DNA from: a virus
Lineage: Duplodnaviria; Heunggongvirae; Uroviricota; Caudoviricetes
Virus record (IMG/VR): IMGVR_UViG_3300042887_005798
Length of the DNA stretch: 64,000 bases
Strand: one strand, 5' to 3'
Shown here: in pieces, positions 37,475-46,925 of the stretch
Numbering within the stretch: the first letter of the stretch is position 1
How the letters are laid out: the number at the start of each line of letters is the position of its first letter
Made by a program: the position numbers and the translations under genes
Notes under the pieces: generated by a model
The model's input: only the letters and a program-made list of their open reading frames with translations
What the model was told of the DNA's origin: nothing
Databases searched by the model: none

Positions 37475-38596
37475 TTAACTATACGAAATTTTATTCCATT
37501 TTCTTTCGAGTACAGGTAAATTATTTTCTTCAACAAACTTTTTTAATTCAAAAATAATTTGTTTTTTGCTAAAATTTATTTGTGACAATTTTGAACTATT
37601 TATTTTCGCAAAAGGAATTTTTGTTTTGAATTTTTTTTCAATACATTTTTGCCAAAACTCAAAAACAAAAATCCAACTTTCGTGACTAACTATTTTAATG
37701 TCAATGTTTCCATTTTTATTTTTATAAATACATCCATCTCCATCTATGTAGCCTATAATCAAAGACAAAATTTGATTAATTTCGAATTGTTCAAAAATTT
37801 TACAATCAGGAGGATTATATGTTTTTTTTGGTTTAAGATTAAATTTGTCAGAGATTTTCTCAATAACATTTTTATTGTATAAAGAAATTTCACTTAAATC
37901 ACTAATGCCAAAAGCGTTTTTTGATTGACAATAATTTTTCACAGAATTTTCGCATTCAATATAGGATTTAAACTTGAATAAATGTTCTGCATCTTTTTTG
38001 TCAACAGAAATTTTCAACCTGCCACGTTTTAAATCAATTGTACCATCAGCCATAATAAAACCTATCCAATATAAAGATTCTAAATTATTATTTAAAAGAA
38101 TACGTAAATTAGAAGAAACATTATTTTTTGTTTTTTTAATTTTATAATAACAAGCATATCTTTGTAGTCCTTCAATTGTTCTGTTAGGAAATAAAATTTT
38201 TAATTCATCTTCTGTTTTAGTAGGATAATTTTCTTTGAGACACTCAATTTCAGCTTCAGACCATTTAACAAATTGAAATTTTGAAACATCTAATTTCAAA
38301 TCAAAAATTTTTTTATGCAATTTTTTATAGTAAGAGTGATTTAATCCAAGTTGAGACAAAAGTTCACCAAGAGATTTTGATTTGTGATATGCTTCTATAA
38401 ACACTTCATTCGAAATATATTTTAATTTATCTTTTGGGTGAGGGAAATGACTATCATTAATATTATTGTTTTTAATATAATTTGAAACTTTAATGTAATT
38501 TGAAGTATTATATTTCAATCCAATGGCTAAAATTAAATGTTTTAAATTTGGCGAATGCATTATTTGTTCAGATATTTTTGAAAAAATTTCTTTCAT
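37475..38596 (-). CDS. free-standing double-motif LAGLIDADG homing endonuclease (373 aa)
   Basis: Two LAGLIDADG motifs: LYWIGFIMADGTI and LSLIIGYIDGDGCI. Confidence 0.75.
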   Translation of the reverse strand: MKEIFSKISEQIMHSPNLKHLILAIGLKYNTSNYIKVSNYIKNNNINDSHFPHPKDKLKYISNEVFIEAYHKSKSLGELLSQLGLNHSYYKKLHKKIFDLKLDVSKFQFVKWSEAEIECLKENYPTKTEDELKILFPNRTIEGLQRYACYYKIKKTKNNVSSNLRILLNNNLESLYWIGFIMADGTIDLKRGRLKISVDKKDAEHLFKFKSYIECENSVKNYCQSKNAFGISDLSEISLYNKNVIEKISDKFNLKPKKTYNPPDCKIFEQFEINQILSLIIGYIDGDGCIYKNKNGNIDIKIVSHESWIFVFEFWQKCIEKKFKTKIPFAKINSSKLSQINFSKKQIIFELKKFVEENNLPVLERKWNKISYS

Positions 38597-38670
38597 TCTT
38601 CATATTTTCTGACATTATAGCAATAATCCTTTATTTTATCAAAGATTTAAATCAAAAATTATTGCTTTTT

Positions 38671-39246
38671 TCATTTCTTTATAATCTCGTCTATAATACC
38701 ATACTCAAGAGCTTCTTCAGCACTCATCCAATAATCACGGTCGCAATCTATTCTTACTTGCTCGGTAGTTTTTCCAGTATGACCAGAAAGTATTTGCATA
38801 AGTTTATCCATGAGAAAATTAGTTTCTTTCGCTTGGACATTGATATCTGCGGTAGTGCCTCTAAATCCTGATGAAACTTGATGAATCATCACACGAGAAT
38901 TAGGTAAAATTCTTCTTTTGCCTTTTTCTCCACCAGCTAAGAGTACAGCTCCCATAGACGCCGCAACTCCAAAACAAGTGGTAGCAACAGGGCAAGATAC
39001 AAACTGCATGACATCATAAATTGCAAGTCCATCATACACTGAGCCACCTGGTGAGTTTATGTAAAAATGAATGTCAGCTTTTGGATCTTCCTTTTCAAGA
39101 AAGAGCATTTGAGCAATGATAACATTAGCAGTTTGCTCATTCACTCCACTTCCAAGCATAATAATTCTATCTTTCAGCAATCTGGAAAATAAATCATACG
39201 AGCGTTCGTTCTCGCCAGTTTTTTCAATAACGTAAGGTATTAGCAT
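38671..39246 (-). CDS. clpP: ATP-dependent Clp protease proteolytic subunit
   Basis: Ser-His-Asp core [18 protein letters not shown], and full-length ClpP similarity (191 aa). Confidence 0.85.
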   Translation of the reverse strand: MLIPYVIEKTGENERSYDLFSRLLKDRIIMLGSGVNEQTANVIIAQMLFLEKEDPKADIHFYINSPGGSVYDGLAIYDVMQFVSCPVATTCFGVAASMGAVLLAGGEKGKRRILPNSRVMIHQVSSGFRGTTADINVQAKETNFLMDKLMQILSGHTGKTTEQVRIDCDRDYWMSAEEALEYGIIDEIIKK

Positions 39247-39248
39247 TT

Positions 39249-39264
39249 CTGTATAATTATACGC
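39249..39264. promoter_or_regulatory. palindromic divergent -10 element CTGTATAATTATACGC serving clpP (minus) and 39265 (plus)
   Basis: GCGTATAAT on each strand, 5-7 nt before each ATG. Confidence 0.45.
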
Positions 39265-39861
39265 ATGGAGTGCAAGATTATTACAAATTCTGATGAAGAA
39301 TGTTTTATTGAAATTACAAAAAACACTTTTAGAAATAGAATTGAATACGACTGGACACCAGATGAAAATTTTATAGGTTTAGCTGTAGCTTGTAACTACA
39401 ATTTCAAAGGACATCCGTTGGGTTTCCTTAAAGACAATGGAAAGATAAAAAGTCAAATAAGTGGCAACAAAAAAAGAGCAATTTTTCAAATTGAAGAAAC
39501 CGAAACAATGATTCAAGCAGGTCCAACATTGGTGAGAGATTTTCAGGCTACAAAAAATTTCAAAGAAGAAGGGTTTTCAAGCCATTACATATTATCTGGA
39601 CCACATTCTCATATTGGCAGAAAAAAAAATGGCAATTACATTTTAGGATTTACAAGCAAACACACTTTCAATCAAATGATATCTGAATATTTAGATTTTA
39701 AGGTTGATGATGCAATAAAATTGCCAGGTTTAGCATCATGCTGTTTTTTTATTAGAACAAAAAACAAAACAATTCAACAAGGTGTATTTCCAGCTCCAGT
39801 GGTTTTAATTTTTGAGTCTAAAAGAAATAAACTCACTGACATCATTAACGATATCCCCTAA
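39265..39861 (+). CDS. hypothetical protein (198 aa); weak resemblance to phosphodiester-glycosidase (NAGPA/DUF2233) family
   Basis: ORF track; QAGPTLVRD-like motif. Confidence 0.35.
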   Translation: MECKIITNSDEECFIEITKNTFRNRIEYDWTPDENFIGLAVACNYNFKGHPLGFLKDNGKIKSQISGNKKRAIFQIEETETMIQAGPTLVRDFQATKNFKEEGFSSHYILSGPHSHIGRKKNGNYILGFTSKHTFNQMISEYLDFKVDDAIKLPGLASCCFFIRTKNKTIQQGVFPAPVVLIFESKRNKLTDIINDIP

Positions 39862-40575
39862 ACCATATTGCTCTAATAATTTAAAAATTATATTACTGCA
39901 TCTGAAATTTGCTGAAGGCAAATTAGGATCAGGTTTTTTTTCAAAATCTTTTCTTCTGATGTCTTTTAATTCATTGAACATTTTAGAGACTTTTACTGTT
40001 TGCTTCAAAATCTCAGTCATTTGTGAGGAGTCACCTTCAAAGTTTTCTAATAGATTTTTTAAATTAGTGTATTCTTCTAATATTGTATTAAATTCATCTA
40101 GCGAAGAGCAATTGCGAATTATTTCCTCAACGTCATCTTCTGACAAAATTTCTGGCTTTTTAATCCAATTTTCATTAATCAAGTCATAAATTGCATCTGA
40201 TTTGTACTTCAAGAATTTTGGTTTTGCAAAAAAGAAATTTATAGGATGTTTTTCAACAAAAAGCTTATCATTAAATTTATCAGCACACGTTTTATTTAGC
40301 TCTTTGTAATCTTCTGGGTTTAGAGAATCCTTCAAAAAAAAAGTTACATCTAAATCTGAATCTTCAGAATATTGATGAGTAAGTAAAGAACCTAAAATCC
40401 AAATTTTATCTATCTCATGTCCAACATAATCTGAAATTTTTTCTGTAGCTTTTAAAATTTTTTCTCTTAATTCTGGTTTAATTTTATTATTTACGATTAT
40501 ACTTGAATCAAATTCAGATTTAATTGGGTCAATAACACTATATTCACGAGTATAAGGCTTAATGAATATTGACAT
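39805..40575 (-). CDS. Pol-beta-superfamily nucleotidyltransferase (256 aa)
   Basis: GS-x10-DLD signature (ILGSLLTHQYSEDSDLDV) followed by a helical C-terminal domain. Confidence 0.5.
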   Translation of the reverse strand: MSIFIKPYTREYSVIDPIKSEFDSSIIVNNKIKPELREKILKATEKISDYVGHEIDKIWILGSLLTHQYSEDSDLDVTFFLKDSLNPEDYKELNKTCADKFNDKLFVEKHPINFFFAKPKFLKYKSDAIYDLINENWIKKPEILSEDDVEEIIRNCSSLDEFNTILEEYTNLKNLLENFEGDSSQMTEILKQTVKVSKMFNELKDIRRKDFEKKPDPNLPSANFRCSNIIFKLLEQYGLGDIVNDVSEFISFRLKN

Positions 40576-40593
40576 ATCTTACTTATTTCTAAT

Positions 40594-40800
40594 TCAATGA
40601 AGCTTATTCCTGACAAAAGAGTAAATAATAGCAATCATTGAGCCAATTAAAAGGACAACAAATAAATCTTTATCTTCAATGAATAAAAGACTCAATGCCA
40701 ACAACCCTAAGATTGTAAATTTGTGTTTACTTACCGCAACCACAATCTTCTTCCACGATAAATTCTTTAGGAACTTTTTGCCAGCACATAACAAGAGCAT
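40594..40800 (-). CDS. small two-TM protein (conflicts with an out-of-frame overlap with 40727..41038)
   Basis: ORF track; hydrophobic helices. Confidence 0.25.
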   Translation of the reverse strand: MLLLCAGKKFLKNLSWKKIVVAVSKHKFTILGLLALSLLFIEDKDLFVVLLIGSMIAIIYSFVRNKLH

Positions 40801-41038
40801 CACCTTCTTCAGTCCATTTAACATAATCATCTTCAACCATCAAATCATCAGCAGAAAAATATATCTGAGCAGCTTTAACAGCATTTTTTTTGCTATGTTT
40901 TATATTACGCGGTGAAAGCGAATTTAATTGCGATTTTAGTAAAAAATTCATACCATGTAAATTACAATGCTTCAAAGCTTCAGTTATTACATCTAATTCT
41001 TCTGAATCTAATTCTATCCACATAATTACTTTGTACAT
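40727..41038 (-). CDS. hypothetical protein (103 aa)
   Basis: ORF track. Confidence 0.3.
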   Translation of the reverse strand: MYKVIMWIELDSEELDVITEALKHCNLHGMNFLLKSQLNSLSPRNIKHSKKNAVKAAQIYFSADDLMVEDDYVKWTEEGDALVMCWQKVPKEFIVEEDCGCGK

Positions 41039-41532
41039 TATAAAATTACTTTTGCAATGATATTTGATCTAGGAATCAACCCGAAATCTTGCGAATCATA
41101 GGAGGTATCAATATTATCGCCTTCGACAAAATAATATCCTGTAGGAATTGTTGAAAGAATTAAATTTGTTGATGGCTTGAAATTTAATGAAGATTGTGAT
41201 TCTTGGGTAATAAGAGTGAAAGAATCTCCAAACAGACTGGCAACATATTTATCTCCAGCAACACCCACAACCCTTTTAACTATAGTCTCGTTATTCCAAT
41301 TAGCAACAATTATGTCTTCTTTTTCAATAGATTTAAAATCGTGATTAACATAAACTAAAGAGTGGTTTTTGAGGGTGGGTTCCATAGATGTGCCATTGAC
41401 AATAATAAAAAATTGGTGTTGTTGCCTGTTATATAAACAAACTAGCAAAATTATTGCTATTCCTTTGAGAACGTTAGCTCTTCGCAATTTGCCAGAAAAT
41501 TTCTTTAACTTCATCCGATTCATGTCCTCCAT
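41038..41532 (-). CDS. lepB: signal peptidase I (S26 family)
   Basis: NGTSMEPTL catalytic Ser box and a later GDN motif. Confidence 0.7.
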   Translation of the reverse strand: MEDMNRMKLKKFSGKLRRANVLKGIAIILLVCLYNRQQHQFFIIVNGTSMEPTLKNHSLVYVNHDFKSIEKEDIIVANWNNETIVKRVVGVAGDKYVASLFGDSFTLITQESQSSLNFKPSTNLILSTIPTGYYFVEGDNIDTSYDSQDFGLIPRSNIIAKVIL

Positions 41533-42028
41533 TGAAAGGAATGTAAATGAAATGCATGAAATTATTTTTTACTCTTGCACATTCTTTAACTGTGATAGCT
41601 CCTGAATTTAACATACTTTTTCTTTTTACAAAATTTTTGTTATTCAGATCTTTTTTGTTTTTATTACAAAGCGTGGTTGTAAATATGCCTTTGAAATTTT
41701 CCCCAAAAATTTCTAGACCATAATCACCTATATAGTCAATCATTCTTGATGTGTGCTTCGGTGATTTAAGTTTTGGATTTATTATAATTTCTTTTAACGC
41801 TATTGATTGGTAGCCTGGGATTATTTTTATAACAAATCCACCAATAATAAAACCAGTGCTTAATACAATCATGCCAATGGCAGTGTTTTCATTTGTATTA
41901 AATATATCATCATACAAATCTTGTGCCACATCATTTGGAAAAGCAATTAAATTAGCCAAACTAACTTTCTCTATTTGTGAAAGCTGATTATTTAATTTGA
42001 ATATAGGTGTTAAATTTTTGTGGTTCAC
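41474..42028 (-). CDS. hypothetical protein (184 aa)
   Basis: ORF track. Confidence 0.35.
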   Translation of the reverse strand: MNHKNLTPIFKLNNQLSQIEKVSLANLIAFPNDVAQDLYDDIFNTNENTAIGMIVLSTGFIIGGFVIKIIPGYQSIALKEIIINPKLKSPKHTSRMIDYIGDYGLEIFGENFKGIFTTTLCNKNKKDLNNKNFVKRKSMLNSGAITVKECARVKNNFMHFIYIPFNGGHESDEVKEIFWQIAKS

Positions 42029-42102
42029 AAACCTATATTAAGGAAATTCACAATTTGAACCTATTTGAATCTAAGTATTTCTGAAAATACCTTAATAAAG
42101 TT

Positions 42103-42486
42103 TGGAGCGCAGGGGAGTCGAACCCCTTTCCAAAATAGCTGTCATATACGTTACTACATGTTTAGTTTATTGTTTTTTCTTAAATTGTTAGGAACAAATA
42201 ACAAATCCACACAATCTGCATATCGCTTTTACATCATTCGATCATAGATGTTTTTTAGCTAGACTTTATTCTAAGAGATAGACACCCTACTAGCTTGGTT
42301 GTACGTATCCCCAGGAAGCACTTAGGCTACCATTGCAAAGCCAGCTTGGGCAGAGCCAAAGCCATTTCTGCGATTCTTTTTAGCATTTTTGCCATTTATT
42401 TTTTGATTCTCTTTTGAAGTGGCCGGAGAATCACCCACTACATGCAACGCACACCCATACTCTTCTGTCGAATGCCTGGGCGCCCC
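42103..42486 (-). ncRNA. ssrA: tmRNA (ssrA), about 384 nt
   Basis: 5' end GGGGCGCCCAGGCATTCGACAG resembles E. coli GGGGCTGATTCTGGATTCGACGG. 3' end AGGGGTTCGACTCCCCTGCGCTCCA forms a T-arm plus a 7-bp acceptor stem with the G3:U wobble against the 5' GGGGCGC. An internal ORF ends ...AQAGFAMVA-stop. Confidence 0.7.
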
Positions 42487-42564
42487 ATATTAATATATAC
42501 AAAGTTTGAAAGAAAAAGTCCTCACATTGCTATGAGGACTAGGAGAAACGAAATGCCGAATGGA

Positions 42565-43008
42565 TTATCGCACAGGAATGGTCAGACCAAGACCAAGAAC
42601 TACTCCTTCTGAGCCTTGAGCGGCATTAAAGTTTTGTCCAAGGTTGAAGCCTTTATAACCAGCGTATGCTTTAACTTCCCAACCAGAATTACGAAGAACG
42701 CTCACAGACACACCTGTACCGAGATACATGTTAGTCTTTGTGAAATTGCTGTCAAATGCACCAAGTGCAACGATTTGAACCCTGTTTCCAAGACCACTTA
42801 CGTTGAACAATGGGTAGGAGACAGCTGTGTAGCTTGTATCCAAGCCATCCCTAAGATACAAGAAAGACAAACTACCATCTGAAACGGAAGTAGCCATTGA
42901 TTGCGACTTTACTTGTGGCTTAATTGGTCGAAGCCCAATCTTTTCCTGTGCAGGAGCGACTGAAGCTAAAACGGCGAGAGCTGGAATAATTGTTAGAATT
43001 TTCTTCAT
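42565..43008 (-). CDS. small secreted beta-rich protein (147 aa), OmpW/OmpA-barrel-like
   Basis: Signal peptide; alternating hydrophobic pattern; ACGTATAAT upstream. Confidence 0.4.
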   Translation of the reverse strand: MKKILTIIPALAVLASVAPAQEKIGLRPIKPQVKSQSMATSVSDGSLSFLYLRDGLDTSYTAVSYPLFNVSGLGNRVQIVALGAFDSNFTKTNMYLGTGVSVSVLRNSGWEVKAYAGYKGFNLGQNFNAAQGSEGVVLGLGLTIPVR

Positions 43009-43032
43009 TTCTATTACCTACTTTATTATACG

Positions 43033-43620
43033 TTAAAAACTTGCTAAGTTTTCAAGATTTTCATTGTTTCTTAAAATTTGTTTTGCTCGGTGAACTCTAG
43101 CTCTTACTGTAGCAAGGGTTACATTTGTTTCTTGAGAAATTTCTTCATAAGTTAAACCTTTGACAAATGGTATAAAAACCAGCTTGAGCTCTTCAGGCAT
43201 TTTAGAGATTTCTTTTTGTATTGCTTGCATTAATTCTTTTCTTTCATAATTTTGCATTATATCAGAAGATTTATCTTCGATATACATTTCTTGATATTTG
43301 TTATCATCAGTGGGATTAGTCAAACTATCAATTGAAAATGCAAGATTGTGTTTTTTCTTTTGTCTTGTTTGATCAATGCCAGCATTTCTAACAATTGTTG
43401 TCATCCAATTTAAAAACTTTTTGTTTTGATCATATTCATCAAAATTACGCCAAGCTTTAAGATAGGCTAATTGCAACACATCATTTGCTAAATCTGCATC
43501 CCTTGCAACAGACAAAGCAATCCCGTAAAGTTTGCTACGGGATTGCTTGTAAAGTTTTTCGAATTTTTCTCTATTTGTGGTATCATTCATTCCACTTATA
43601 TTATCGTTATTTTTTTTCAT
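43033..43620 (-). CDS. RNA polymerase sigma-70 family factor (ECF-like)
   Basis: Region 2 (YLKAWRNFDEYD), region 4 HTH (LTYEEISQETNVTLATVRARVHRAKQIL). Confidence 0.75.
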   Translation of the reverse strand: MKKNNDNISGMNDTTNREKFEKLYKQSRSKLYGIALSVARDADLANDVLQLAYLKAWRNFDEYDQNKKFLNWMTTIVRNAGIDQTRQKKKHNLAFSIDSLTNPTDDNKYQEMYIEDKSSDIMQNYERKELMQAIQKEISKMPEELKLVFIPFVKGLTYEEISQETNVTLATVRARVHRAKQILRNNENLENLASF

Positions 43621-43683
43621 AATTATCTTTTATGTGTAAATACACAAAAGATTATATTTAAGAATTGTTAAACCTGGAAAATT
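43621..43683 (-). promoter_or_regulatory. promoter motif A copy (for the sigma factor gene)
   Basis: Gene-sense sequence ttttccaggtttaacaattcttaaatataatc...ATG. Confidence 0.5.
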
Positions 43684-44212
43684 ATTTCATAGGCTCAACA
43701 TCTTGTATTGCAAGTTCAACAAGAGTATCTCGTCCAAAGATATTAACATAAGCCTTCACTTTTCCTTTTGATTCATCAATAGATTCAACTTTTCCAGAAA
43801 AATCTGCAAATGCGCCAGAAATAATCGAAATAATATCATTGGCTTTAAAATTAGATTTCGGAGAATCTTCTTGTGAATTTTCAAGATTTTTTAAGATTTG
43901 TTCTATTTCTCTTTCTGCGACAGGTACAGGTTTGCTACCTGACCTAACAAAACCAGTGACACCATCTGTTCCTTGCACAAGTTTTTCAGAATTTTCATCT
44001 AAGTGCATTTTAACAAAAATATAGCCTGGAAAAACTTTTTTGTCTGCAATCACTCTTTTGCCTCTTCTAGTTATATATTCTTTTTCAGTAGGAATAATAA
44101 TGTCTAGTATTGTATCTTGCCATTGTTTTTGAGCCACAGCTCTACTTAACAACAAATCTCTGGTTTTATTTTCACGACCAGACATAACGTGAATAGCATA
44201 ATAATTAACCAT
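43682..44212 (-). CDS. nusG: transcription antiterminator NusG
   Basis: NGN domain (YAIHVMSGRENK..) plus a C-terminal KOW motif; CGTATAAT 8 nt before the ATG. Confidence 0.8.
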   Translation of the reverse strand: MVNYYAIHVMSGRENKTRDLLLSRAVAQKQWQDTILDIIIPTEKEYITRRGKRVIADKKVFPGYIFVKMHLDENSEKLVQGTDGVTGFVRSGSKPVPVAEREIEQILKNLENSQEDSPKSNFKANDIISIISGAFADFSGKVESIDESKGKVKAYVNIFGRDTLVELAIQDVEPMK

Positions 44213-44219
44213 AATAGTA

Positions 44220-44918
44220 TTATACGAATAATGTTTGGATTGATTGCAATTTCTTTTTAATTTGTTTATCTGAGATTTTTTGATGCGATGATGAAAGAAT
44301 TTTTGAAATTTTTGAAATAGAATAGCCTTCCATTAACATACACACAATCTGTTTATCATCTTCGGGTAGTGTTTCAATAAATAATTTGACTTGAATCTCA
44401 TCAATTGTAGAATTTTCATCGAAAACAGTTAAGTCTGGTAGTTTTTCAGTGACACAAATTGGATTAGACAAAACAATATTAGTTTTTTTAAATTCTTCAA
44501 TATCTTTTTCATTGAATAAACGATATTTTTCTTCGAATTTATTTTTTTTGTTTAAATCTGAATCATATTTACCAGCGCAATATGATTTCACTTCTCTTAA
44601 ATTGCTGGGGCAATTTACAAATGATTCATTTTCACTACATGTTAGCAAATGATAATACACCGTTGTATGTAAAAATGTAGATAATGCTGTTGAAGATTGT
44701 GTATTGAATCTGTTGAAAGCAATAATCGCCCCATGTTTGGCATTTTGTAAGTTATCTTCTAAATTTGTATTTGGATGCTTCAAGGTGTGCGCATGAGACA
44801 GCTTGCGAAGCATTTTTTCGTATCTAGAAATAAGTGTTTCCAGGTATGTTTCATTTGAATTGGATTGGTAAATAGCCACCAACTCATGATCTGATAATGT
44901 AGATAGAATATTTTTCAT
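44220..44918 (-). CDS. sigma-factor-like protein with a C-terminal region-4-type HTH
   Basis: C-terminal IVCMLMEGYSISKISKIL HTH; N-terminal part divergent; GAGG RBS. Confidence 0.45.
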   Translation of the reverse strand: MKNILSTLSDHELVAIYQSNSNETYLETLISRYEKMLRKLSHAHTLKHPNTNLEDNLQNAKHGAIIAFNRFNTQSSTALSTFLHTTVYYHLLTCSENESFVNCPSNLREVKSYCAGKYDSDLNKKNKFEEKYRLFNEKDIEEFKKTNIVLSNPICVTEKLPDLTVFDENSTIDEIQVKLFIETLPEDDKQIVCMLMEGYSISKISKILSSSHQKISDKQIKKKLQSIQTLFV

Positions 44919-44985
44919 TTTTTTCCTCGACTCAAAAACGAATCAATGATTCTGCGGAGCCTATTTGTTATTTCTAGTTTTATGA

Positions 44986-45594
44986 TCAAATTACCTTGAT
45001 TTCCACGCCTAAATCTTTCATAGTTTGTTTCATCTCAGCTGTTAAATTTGGAAATCCTGTAAGTTTTAAACCGTTTTCTTCAATAATAATTTCGCAATTT
45101 TGATTTATCAATTCTTCTTCTTTGATATTTTTTTGTTCACCCCAAATAAATTTTTGATTACTACTGCTCAGCAAAGATTCGTACACTCTTAATTCTTCTT
45201 TGTATCTTCCTGAAACAATTACATCCACTAATTTAATTATCTGAGAATATTCGGGGATTTTTTGAAGTTCTTCTTCGGTGTAACCTGAATATATTAAAAT
45301 GCCTTTTGGAAATGGCATTTCACTGCTATGCAAATACTGCAAGAAATGAAGCAGAGATTCTGATTGAAGAAAGGGTTCACCGCCAGAAATAGTTAATCCA
45401 TCAACATTGTTTTCTAAGATTTTATTTGCAAGTGATTCCACTGACACAAGATTTTTAGTCTTAAATGACCAAGATTCAGGATTGAAACAATTTTTGCACC
45501 CAAGATTGCAACCTTGAAGATGAATCATATATCTATTTCCAGGTCCATTTACATAAGTGGATGGTGTTTCCCCTAGAAGATTAAATTGTGGCAT
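44986..45594 (-). CDS. radical-SAM activating enzyme (anaerobic RNR activase NrdG / QueE-like)
   Basis: CNLGCKNC cysteine box near the N-terminus; about 200 aa. Confidence 0.6.
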   Translation of the reverse strand: MPQFNLLGETPSTYVNGPGNRYMIHLQGCNLGCKNCFNPESWSFKTKNLVSVESLANKILENNVDGLTISGGEPFLQSESLLHFLQYLHSSEMPFPKGILIYSGYTEEELQKIPEYSQIIKLVDVIVSGRYKEELRVYESLLSSSNQKFIWGEQKNIKEEELINQNCEIIIEENGLKLTGFPNLTAEMKQTMKDLGVEIKVI

Positions 45595-45618
45595 AATAAT
45601 GTATACGAAAATTAATTA

Positions 45619-45775
45619 GTGAACTACCTCACCCACAAGGGGTGAGGCTTCCTGCTTCGCAGAAGATAGTTTCATTATTTCTAACCAGAGCTTTCTTCTC
45701 CACAGGCGTTGATTCGGGCTGTTCCAGTCCTATACATCTTACCAAATTCTGATTAGTGAATGCCATGTTCCGAAT
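45619..45775 (-). ncRNA. putative omega-RNA scaffold of copy 2
   Basis: GAACAGCCCGAATCAACGCCTGTGGA ... CAGGAAGCCTCACCCCTTGTGGGTGAGGTAGTTCAC, with compensatory changes relative to copy 1. Confidence 0.45.
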
Positions 45776-46846
45776 ATTAATTGAAGCATTGATATCTCTA
45801 TCGTGTTTTGTTTCACATTTAGAACATATCCATTCTCTATCAGATAATGTCAAATCTGATTTGATATTCCCGCAGACTGAACACATCTTGCTCGATGGTT
45901 CAAATCTTCCAATATCAAGGAAATTCTTTCCATGCCATTCTGATTTGTATTTCAGAAAATTATAGAACATTCCCCATCCTGCATCAGATATTGATTTAGC
46001 TAATTTTCTATTTTTGACCATCCCTTTAACACACAAGTCTTCAACACAAATCGTTCCGTGATTCTTGTGAACTATTTGATGAGATACTTTATGCAGAAAG
46101 TCTTTTCTTTGATTAGCTATTTTTTTATGTAGCTTTGCTACTTTTTTACGTTGTTTATTTCTATTATTGCTCCCTTTCTTTTTTACACTTAATTTTCTTT
46201 GTCTTCTTGCAAGTCGTTCTTCGGATTTTCTGAGATATTTCGGATTAGCAATCTTATCTCCATCTGAAGTAACTACAAAATCTTTCAATCCCATGTCAAT
46301 ACCTATTGCATCGTTTCTGTCAAGTTTGGGTTTAATTTGTAAAGACTTTCCATCTTCCACAAGGATAGAAACATAATATTTTCCAGAAGGCACTTTAGAA
46401 ATCGTTACAGTTTTGATATCTCCTTCAAATTGTCTGTGGAATACAGTTTTGATATTTTTAACTTTAGGGATATTTAGCAATCCTTTTTCAAAATCTACAG
46501 TACAATGTTGAGGGCATTGGAAGGATTGTTTTGGATTGTATTTTGATTTAAATTTAGGAAATCCTTTCTTTTCTCGAAAGAATCTAGTGTAGGCATTGTC
46601 TAAATTCTTTAGAGAAGCCAATAGTGATTGGCTATTAACTTCTTTCATCCAGATGTTTTCTTTTTTAAGTTTAACAAGTTCTGGTCCTAATCCAAGAAAA
46701 GTCAATGTTTTCTTTCCTTCTTGATAAGATTTTGTTTTTTGTTCTAAGCCCCAGTTATAGACAAACCTAGCAGCGCCAAAATGTTTTTCAAACATCTCAC
46801 TTTGCTCTTTCGCAGGTTTTATCAAAAACTTATATGCTTTCAACAT
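45629..46846 (-). CDS. tnpB: TnpB (IS605 OrfB-family), 405 aa
   Basis: MLKAYKFLIKPAKEQ start, GIDMGLKDF, ICVEDLC, CSVCGN..CSKCE, HDRDINASINI; about 60% identical to copy 1 by eye. Confidence 0.85.
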   Translation of the reverse strand: MLKAYKFLIKPAKEQSEMFEKHFGAARFVYNWGLEQKTKSYQEGKKTLTFLGLGPELVKLKKENIWMKEVNSQSLLASLKNLDNAYTRFFREKKGFPKFKSKYNPKQSFQCPQHCTVDFEKGLLNIPKVKNIKTVFHRQFEGDIKTVTISKVPSGKYYVSILVEDGKSLQIKPKLDRNDAIGIDMGLKDFVVTSDGDKIANPKYLRKSEERLARRQRKLSVKKKGSNNRNKQRKKVAKLHKKIANQRKDFLHKVSHQIVHKNHGTICVEDLCVKGMVKNRKLAKSISDAGWGMFYNFLKYKSEWHGKNFLDIGRFEPSSKMCSVCGNIKSDLTLSDREWICSKCETKHDRDINASINIRNMAFTNQNLVRCIGLEQPESTPVEKKALVRNNETIFCEAGSLTPCG

Positions 46847-46925
46847 ATAGTTCTTTTACAGTTTAATATTTGCTATCACCTACATGTTTTAGAAAAATAG
46901 TAGAATATTTTCTAATTACTGCAAT

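Larger units (their letters stand above)
45619..46925 (-). mobile_element. IS605-family (TnpB-only) element, copy 2; boundaries approximate
   Basis: tnpB ORF; the 3' end is conserved with copy 1 up to GTAGTTCAC; inserted between nrdG-like and the polIV-like gene. Confidence 0.55.

Noticed and set aside
42065-42247. Plus-strand 60-aa ORF
   Set aside because: It lies antisense within the tmRNA gene identified on the minus strand, and the tRNA-like ends explain the locus better. I first took the 3' T-arm for a tRNA fragment or att remnant, until the matching GGGGCGC 5' end was found about 384 nt upstream.
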